Positions 55,365 through 64,000 of a stretch of DNA of 64,000 nt are shown here, piece by piece. Below the pieces are notes generated by a model, which saw only the letters and a list, made by a program, of their open reading frames with translations, ran no database searches and was not told the DNA's origin. Numbering within the stretch: position 1 is the first letter of the stretch; the number at the start of each line of letters is the position of its first letter. The position numbers and the translations under genes are program-made. Source of the stretch: Octopus bimaculoides (Eukaryota); NCBI RefSeq assembly GCF_001194135.2, contig NC_068998.1:51810981-51874980 (forward strand). Direction: 5' to 3'.

Positions 55365-56324
55365 AGAAACTTTACACTCTATGTGACACTTATTATATTC
55401 TGAAAATTTTGTTTTCCACCACTACAAAAAAAAAATGTAATTTCTTAATTGTCTTTCGTTGTGAGGTATTTAAGTTTTAATTTCAAATTGAAGAAGAATT
55501 TGAAATATCAGTCTTCAAAGATGACAGCCAGTTGTTTTATTTATTTAATTAAAATCTATAATTATTTCCTTTTATTTAATTACTTATTCAAATTACTTTT
55601 ATCTACAGGTAAGTTTGTAACAGCTTTTAGGATTTGCTTGAAAACTTTTATACATATTACATATTACAGATGCAGTCAGGAGAAATTTACACAATAATTC
55701 AATTTGTATCACACCTTAGACCTGAAGGAAATGAATTCTTTTAATTTTTTTTTCTTTCTTTTAGATAATACTGTTAGAATTACCAGAATGTTAGAGATTC
55801 CATGTTCTACTAATGGAACTAAATTGTTTTTACCTGTTGCCTAATTCTGCTTCTGATTTTACCTTCCATTTGGTTTGCATCTGCTGAAACATCACCTTTT
55901 ATTATTATTATTAGCAGTAGTAGTAGTAGTATTCCAACAATATTACTTCAAACAATACTTATTCTCAATAGTTTTCATCATGGATATAAGCAAATAATTT
56001 ATTATAAATAGCAACAGAAAGAAGCTATCTTTATTTAATCAAGTTGTTGAATCTACAAGTTAATGCCAATGTCGGAATTTAAATAAAATTGCTATAAATA
56101 AATCATCTTGATTTTAAGAGTATTGTAATTTGCTTAAAGCATTGCAGTGTGTGTAAAGGCTATAAATGTATTAGAAAATGACTTTCGGAAATGTAGGTAA
56201 GAAGTTAGGCAAAATATGTAAGGTGATGTCAATAAATAAAAACAGAGAAAATGTATTGTTACTTTGCATAGGTTGTTTAATAATCGTATAACATTTCGGG
56301 AACTGACACGGTCACTTTCTAGAG

Positions 56325-56522
56325 CAATGGTTCCCGACCTGTGGTCTACAGACTCCTAGTGGCCTGCAATAGTAGTACTGGTGGTCCATGAACTAAAATT
56401 TAAACTAACATGAGGAGTACATTTTCATTGCACATCTTATGTGGTGTTCTCACTGCATAAATAAATGAAGTTTGTACGAAACACGTACTGCTATAACCTA
56501 TTGAATTTTTGTCGCTTTTCTT

Positions 56523-56564
<42 letters not shown>

Positions 56565-56647
56565 AGGATAAGCATATTAAAAGGGTCCATGGGAAAACTC
56601 ATTTAAATAAAAGGGGTCATTAGTAGTAAAAAGGTTGGAAACCACTG
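56325..56647. mobile_element. hAT (Charlie-type) MITE, 323 bp
   Basis: TIRs caatggttcccgacc and ggttggaaaccactg; perfect 8-bp TSD ttctagag at 56317-24 and 56648-55, fitting the NTCTAGAN preference. Confidence 0.88.
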
Positions 56648-59600
56648 TTCTAGAGTCTTTCAGTCTTGATATTTGGAGCATTGAGGATGTAATAGTTGGA
56701 AGTAGAAACGGCTGTACCAACAGTGTGCTGGTAACCTTTTTTCTCATCTGAATAGCTTGAACCAATATAAAATGAAGTGCCTTGTTCAAGCGCACCATGT
56801 GCCACCTGGTCCATGAATCAAACCCACAACCTTACAATCATGAGGTCAACACATTAACCCAGTTCTGGGCAAACTAAGGCCAGCAGGATTCATGCAGTCT
56901 GTGGGACTTTCTGGATGACATTCCTATGAAAAATTACTGTGAATTTCTTCGTTTTTATTATTTTATTTTATTACTAGTGTAGCTTGTTTGATGATGTGCT
57001 ATGTCTCATGCAGCCCTCTTCTCAAAAATGGTTGCCCATCACTGCTCTAACCTTTGAAGTATGCACCTTCACTGTGCAAGCATATACATGCTTGTATTTA
57101 CGTGCAAGCATATATCTGTATATTTATATATAGTATGTGTATTATGAGATAAAGTTTTTATAATTGGTTGTTATATTAGATGTTTCAGAGAATAAATGCT
57201 TTCTTCCAGAATGATATTCATGGAAAAAAAAAATAAAGAAATAAAAAAAAAAGATTTAAATCAGGCGCAGTTTAGTTTGTGTGAAAGAAAACACACAACT
57301 CTGATAACAAATCCTAATATATCTATATTCTTTCCATTTACATAAATTAGTTATTTGATAAGTTAGTTTATTTATTAGTTTTCATCGTTGTTTTGTGTGT
57401 GTGTGTGTGCACATGTATGTGCACATGTATGTGTATGTCTTCATTTTGTTTGTTGTTCTGACTTAAGAAAGTGTTGAGTATTGTTGTTTGTCTAACGGCT
57501 CTACATAGCACAGCTGCAAACTCAAGGATTAATATTAGCATTTTCCTGATCATGTCCCTACTCATTTCAAATAGACAAAACTTCTCACATCCTGGTTGGC
57601 TTCAAAATTGATGTAAATTTCGTGCCAACAGCTTTCCAATTTCTGCTTATTATTTATTTATACATCATTGTTATCTCTCCCATTCTTTGATGCCAGAGCA
57701 GCAAAATAAACTGGTAACTATATACCAGGATTGAACTTCTTGTCTTCTCAGCTCTGGTCTTAACTATTAAAACACCACACTGCTAACTTCAAGATCTATT
57801 TTAATACATGTATTAATTCACAAAAGAAGCATTCTTTCATTCATTTGTTCATTCATTTAACATTGGCCTTACTTTTCTCATGTGATCATGGGTCAAATGC
57901 TGATGTATTTGAAACAGGATTTTACAGCTGTTCCTGTCATCGTCCTCATTTTCCAGATAAGGTACACAGAAACATCATTCTCCTTTTCACTGAGGCAGAA
58001 CCATGGGTTGTCAACATCCATCTCATTTATATGCACACATACACACGCACATACACATAAAACAAGAAGTGGCCATCACCTACAAATGTGCATAGAAAGG
58101 TAATATATTCCATGTTTTCATTGTTTTAGGTGCCTTTGTAGCCACCAATGGATAGAGACAACCTCTGCACACTCCCACTCTTTGATCTCAGTGGCACATT
58201 GACATTTCTGGAGAAAGAAAGAACTGCTTCAGTACTTGGCTAGTTTTTCATTCTTAGATGAGTAGATGGCAGCAACATGTAAAAAGTGGCTTGCTCAAGG
58301 ATACATGTTGTCTGGTTCAGGAACTGAACCTGCAGCTTTATGATCAGCAACTGCACCTAAAAACTCTAGGTTACATGCCTTCACTTACACACACACACAC
58401 AAATGTTAAATTGCACTGAACAAATGTGGGAGGAGAGCTCAATACAGATTGTAGAATATTTTGTTTATTGATATACTGAATTTATCTTTCACAAGAAAAA
58501 TTTCAGATTCAGAAAACTAGATGCGTGTCTGTGTGTGTATACACATACACATACATACACCCACCCACATATATACAATTGGCTTTATACAGCTTTCGTT
58601 TACCAGATTTGTTCACAAGACAATGATAAGCCCAAGGTTATAGTAAAAACCACTTGCCCTAGGTGTGATGCTGTGTGGCTGAACCTGAAGCCACGTAATT
58701 GTGAAACAAACTTCTTAACCATGAAATAATTTCAAATTATCTTGATGATCACAATTACCATTTAAGTCAAATGTTTTGTTTTATTTTTACTCAAAATCTT
58801 TGTTTGTGACATTTCCCTTTTCCCGTTTCCAGTGACTCTCTTGTATCTTGGCTGAGAGAAGATAATAAAAAAGTTATTTAAACTAAGAGACATTCTCTGC
58901 AAATATTTTTGTGTTGGTTCAACTAGTGAAATGATACACACAGCTATATAAACATAATTTCACATTTCATTTAGTTTTCTTAAAATAACAGGAAGTATAC
59001 ATGACAAAATTTGGCTGACATTCAGAGATATTCATCAATACTTTCAATAAATATTGACTTTCCAGTTCTTTTTGATGCTTAGAAGATCAAAAATGTCCTT
59101 TTTATTCTAGTTTACAAATGTATGTTTTCTATCTCGCCACAGCATATATTAATTTTTGTAAATAACATTAAAGAAAATATGATTACAAGAATTTCAGCTG
59201 ATCTTATCAATAGATTCTATAGACTTGATTTTTTGATCCTGGCTAGGTGAAACCATGATTTAATATTCATAATATATCTTCGGTAATTTATTAGCCATGT
59301 AAACTGAAAGTTTGTCTTTGTTATTAGCTTTGAATATGTTTTGTGTCCAAAATAAAAGAGATCTCTTACTGTCAGTACATTTATTTAAGTAATTTAACTT
59401 GGCAGTTCTTGACCAGATACCTTTTTCTATTTAGGCTGCAACAGGTGAATATTGTCTGCTTATCTAATTACTGTTGATAGCTGTAACACTAGTAGTGCAA
59501 AGATTTTAATTACACATGACTCAATCAGTACATTTATGCACTTGGTAGTAATTAAGACATTTTACTAAATGCATAATTGTTATGAATTATTACAGAAAAA

Positions 59601-61479
59601 TACTTAGAGTGAATGTAAATCAAAAGGAATTGATAACGATCCAACAGGACTTGGCTGACATTTTCGGTTATACAATTATATCTTTATGTAAAAATAAAAT
59701 ATTTATTTTATTTACACTTGCTTTAGAAAATGAAATATTAACCATGTTTTTTTTGAGCATTTTAAGCATTTAGGTTTTTTTTAATAGTCACAGTAAAATT
59801 ATGTTATTCTTAGAAATTTAGTTATGATAAGGTTTAGAATTGAATTGCCCATTAAAAGTAAAACAAAAGGAAACTTGAGAAATTCAGAGTAGCAGCATAT
59901 CATATTTGGTTTCTTGTCTGGTTTTATATAATCAATGTATTTAACAATGGACATTAATTATTGTTATTGTTATTTGCTTTCACATCTTTGTCAGTCTGGG
60001 TTGAACATACTTATGATAAAAGGCCTTCTTTCTTTGACCATCCCAACTGTTATTTGAACATAATTATATCCAGGGCTTCATTATCCATTTTTTTGTTTGT
60101 TTGTTTAATTCTTTTAAGTGATAGTGTGTAATTTGAAAGAGATTTCATAACTATTTCTGGAATTTCTAAAGGCTCACTTTCTGGATCAAATGCAAGGAAA
60201 AAATGAACATTAAAACCACCGACGATACTTCTGTGAAATTTGTGTTAAAGACGTCTTCCAAGTATTTCGAATTAAAGTAACAGAAGTTTATCAAAGAAAC
60301 TCTGATGATTATGTAACAACCAGCTCTGACAATGAAAGAAATGGAACCTCACTGGATGTTACAAACGGTTAAAATTCTTGGAAAGGGGACCAAATCTTAT
60401 ACACATAAAGCAAACGGACAATGGAATTTATATGTGGTCTCTCAACCTGCTAAAAATAGTAGCTAAATTGCTCTTAATTCATATTCTGCTGTTTTAGAAC
60501 AAAACGACCTGTTGGACTGTGTTATCCTGGACATGAAAAAAAAAAAGGTATTCCACAGATGGATCAAACCCAGAACTACATACTTTTCAAAGTCAGATTC
60601 TTAACCTCATGGTTATTTCTGCAGCTATATTTTATAAATATGGAAATCTAAATCCCATGTGTAAAGAGGCAGTAAAGTTCTAAGAGGAAATAAAAATGCC
60701 AATAGAACACACCAGTTAAAACGAACAGCAGAAAGAAACAGAAAAATAATTTAGAAATATCAGGAGAGAAAAAACAGATATATGATAAGCAATTGCGGTT
60801 AACCAGCTCCAAGTTGAAAATTGAAACTGAGATATTGATAACATGCAGCACATCAAGCTCAGTATCTTTTAACAAGACAGCTATGAAAATTGTTCTAAAG
60901 AAGGAAATAGAAAATACATTCAGTATTAGAATACTTACTTACTTACTAGATGCTGTGTCCTAGCCAAGACTAAGTACATTTTACAGATACAAGAGAAAAC
61001 CCAATAGAAAATCCTACAATGTTACTAAAACAAAACAACCTTAAATTGATGATGTGAGTAGCTGTGTGAAGGAGTATGTAGATGCAAACAACAAAATAAA
61101 CACTTGGCTATGCCTCATCTGAAAGAACAGAAGTAAAATGAAATGTACTTTTAGATAGACTACATATGAAAGGCAGATAATATACTACTGTGTAGAATCA
61201 ATTGTTATACATCATCCTCCCACACAGGCAGAAATATGAGCAAGGATTCTTAAAAAATGCTAATACTCAATCTAATTTGATATAGCAAATACAAGAATTA
61301 AATGCTAATGATAATGATTTTGGTGATAATAATAATAATGATTATTTTTATTATTGGTATAATAAAATAATCTTTTCTGAATTAGTCACAAGGGCTCAAA
61401 GAGATACAAAAAATAATTTATAATTAAAAACAACCCCATAGTTGGGGCAGGAAAAAAAAGTACCCAGTACTCACTGTAA

Positions 61480-61830
61480 AGTTGTTGAGATTAGGAAGGG
61501 CACAGCTGTAGAAACTATGCCAAAGCAGACATTGTAGCTTAGCAAAGCCTTCTGGCTTTTTGGCTCTAGTTGAATTGTTCAACTCATGCCACCATGAACA
61601 ACAGATATTAAATGATGATGATGATGGTAATGACGATGATGATGATGGTAATGACAATACTTTAGTTTCTTGCCTTTTTGATATCATCATCATCATTGTT
61701 TAACGTCCGCTTTCCATGCTAGCATGGGTTGGATGATTTGACTGGGGACTGGCAAACCAGATGGCTGCATCAGGCTCCAATCTGATCTGGCAGAGTTTCT
61801 ACAGCTGGATGCCCTTCCTAACGCCAACCA
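61480..61830. mobile_element. Two family D 3' fragments, tail-to-tail (+ at 61480-61622, - at 61683-61830)
   Basis: ttaggaagggcacagctgtagaaac...atgatgatg, then catcatcat...gtttctacagctggatgcccttcctaac. Confidence 0.8.
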
Positions 61831-62638
61831 TGCAACATATTTTGTGAGAGAGCTAAGATGATATGTTATCTAATGTAAGATTTAAAAATATAGATGCTAT
61901 ATCTAACGAGTTGTATGATTGTAGAGAAGGGGCAAATAACCTTCTTTTGTTCTAGGGTCAAATCACAAAGGCATATGAACCGATAGGGTGAATGTAGGAT
62001 AATAAAAATAAGGAATATTTAATTTTTTAAAATTCATTGACTTGCAATTTGTATAGAAATTACTGTTCTGGCTATAAGGGTGGGGGGGAAACTTTCCTTT
62101 TCAAATTTCTGGAGGGTGCTGGGGTTAATAGTATTTACTTACCACTTCCCCTCAAAACTGTTGGCCTCAGCAGACACTTTCATATTTGAATGCAAGCAAA
62201 ATTTTGCCTATGAGCAAAGTGTACTCAATACCTGGGGAGTCATTCAGTTGTTGGCTCAGATGGTTATTAGTTAAAAATGCTGATATTGCACAATACCATA
62301 TATCAACATTAACAAACAGTTGTGCATAATTAAATATTGTTTGCATTAAATTTATAAACTGGCAACAACTAAAATATTATGAAACTTTCTGATCTAAGAA
62401 TGATTTTTAAAACGTTTTAAGAAATGTCAAAATATTCAAAATTTTCCCATGTCATTTAAGTGTAGACTATAAAGTTGGTCTCGTAACTGAATGAGATATA
62501 TAAAGGAGCATGCTTAATGTCTTTTGAAAGGGGTTTACTTAATTAAGCACTAATGCGTGTGTGTGTGTGTATGCATATGTATGTGTGTTTATGTATATGT
62601 ATGTGTGTTTATGTATGTATGAGTATGTGTATGTATAC

Positions 62639-62674
<36 letters not shown>

Positions 62675-64000
62675 GCATATGTGTGTATGCATATATGTTG
62701 TATGCTTGTATATTAAACAGTGGTTTCAATATGTTCTATGTCATTATTTTTAATGAATTATAGAAAATTGCCAGGAGGCAAGTCACTGCTATTATTATCT
62801 ATTGTGACATACGAAAGACAACTGTTTTCTTTTAGATAAATGGAATATTGAAAGTGCATTAGTGCTGGTGTATTGTCAAAACCGTTTCTTGAATGTTCAT
62901 TATGTTAAAACTATGAACAGCATTAAATCGCCAGATGATTTATTGAGTACTTTCACCTGTATTGAGATATAAATTCAGTACATGAAACATTTCTTTGACA
63001 GTGACTATGGTAAAGTAATCATGAACTGCTTGTAGAATATGCCAGCTGTCATATACCAATGTTAACATTTGGATGCACTGGCTGTTTCAGAAAATATTAC
63101 ACTGACAAAATATTCATATCTTTACTCAAACATGCAAAAAAAAAAACAAAAAAAAGTGGTGTAGAGGGAGAGGAATCGTAATTAATGGGAAGTGTGTTGA
63201 GAATATACTAATACATCTTCTATAATTCAGTCAACAAACAGCAGACAATTTGAGCAAAACATGACCGCATTGTTATAGAAAGAATACTACTGTTTGTGGA
63301 TGTCATACTTCCAACAATTTATACAATAAGCAGTATGAGCTGAAGCCTGTGGTCTTTCCAACCATTTCAGTGGATCGTAAAGTAGCAAAGGTTTGTTCAG
63401 CAAGCAACAAAATTTTATAGTTCAGGTGGCACAGTTGTTATTACATGATGGCTTTGTTTCAAAGTGGCTTTTAGGAACAGTCTCTTTGAAAGGTACATCC
63501 TTTGATTGCGTGTGTGTGGGCATCAGGTTTGAGGAGGTAAAACTTGGACAATGAAATTAGAGAAAAATGTAATAATTAGAAATGGAGGAGTTAAATTTGA
63601 CAGAAAGAAAAATTGGTGCAAATAACAGGAAAGTGTATGGAACCAATGTAGAAGATATCTGAAATGACATAGAAATGTAATATGAATGAACTAAGTATAC
63701 TAGAGTAATTTTTTAGGTGCTTAATAAGAAGGACAACACCTAGGATTTTTTGTTTTGTTTGTTTACTTGTTTTCTTTTCTCTTCTTGTGGAGCCTCTCTG
63801 ACTTCTCAGAGAAGGGAAGAATAAGCCCCAAGTTACAGGTGATTACTGCTATAGCAAGCAGTGCACTTAGAGATTGTTATCTTGCACACACCAAAATGTT
63901 TACTGTTTGCCACCTTTATATATAAGAACAACTGTTTTTAAAGGGTTGTAAAAAACTTTATGGTGTTTGTGGCAGATGATGTCTCAAGATGGTTCCAGAA

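Noticed and set aside
56117-56200. LKHCSVCKGYKC reading with a downstream AG|gtaaga, resembling the next C1 exon
   Set aside because: It lacks the K-I-V-x-H-x-x-C pattern and hits TGA before the donor; treated as chance.

Overview
AT-rich (~30% GC by eye), microsatellite- and SINE-dense animal genomic DNA with three assembly gaps. The repeat families resemble those I recall from octopus, so a coleoid cephalopod origin is likely but inferred. None of the six-frame ORFs is a real gene; they are microsatellite, gap or TE artefacts. The window holds the 5' part of one + strand gene, a type IV diacylglycerol kinase (DGKzeta/iota, Drosophila rdgA family). Two exons are recognisable by homology: 11260-11365 (RKAISKS...LRSTIDWS) and 54574-54657 (DIAVSTEHLWVETSASGDSCYVMDPDCT, start of C1A). 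They are joined in frame across a 43,208-bp phase-0 intron. A probable upstream exon lies at 9719-9809. I did not find the next C1 exon before 64000. Introns carry several SINE families, R4/Dong-type and RTE LINE fragments, and Tc1/pogo, hAT and piggyBac MITEs. I found no clear new multi-gene system. The best leads concern splicing: a clean YAG|GTAAGT recursive-splice-like site at 55608/55609 next to a locally duplicated segment, a decayed copy-like stretch of the C1 exon, and candidate N-terminal exons and microexons. A CpG-rich insert bounded by 58-bp direct repeats and nested, microsatellite-associated retroelements are also worth checking. All coordinates were read by eye and repeat boundaries are approximate.
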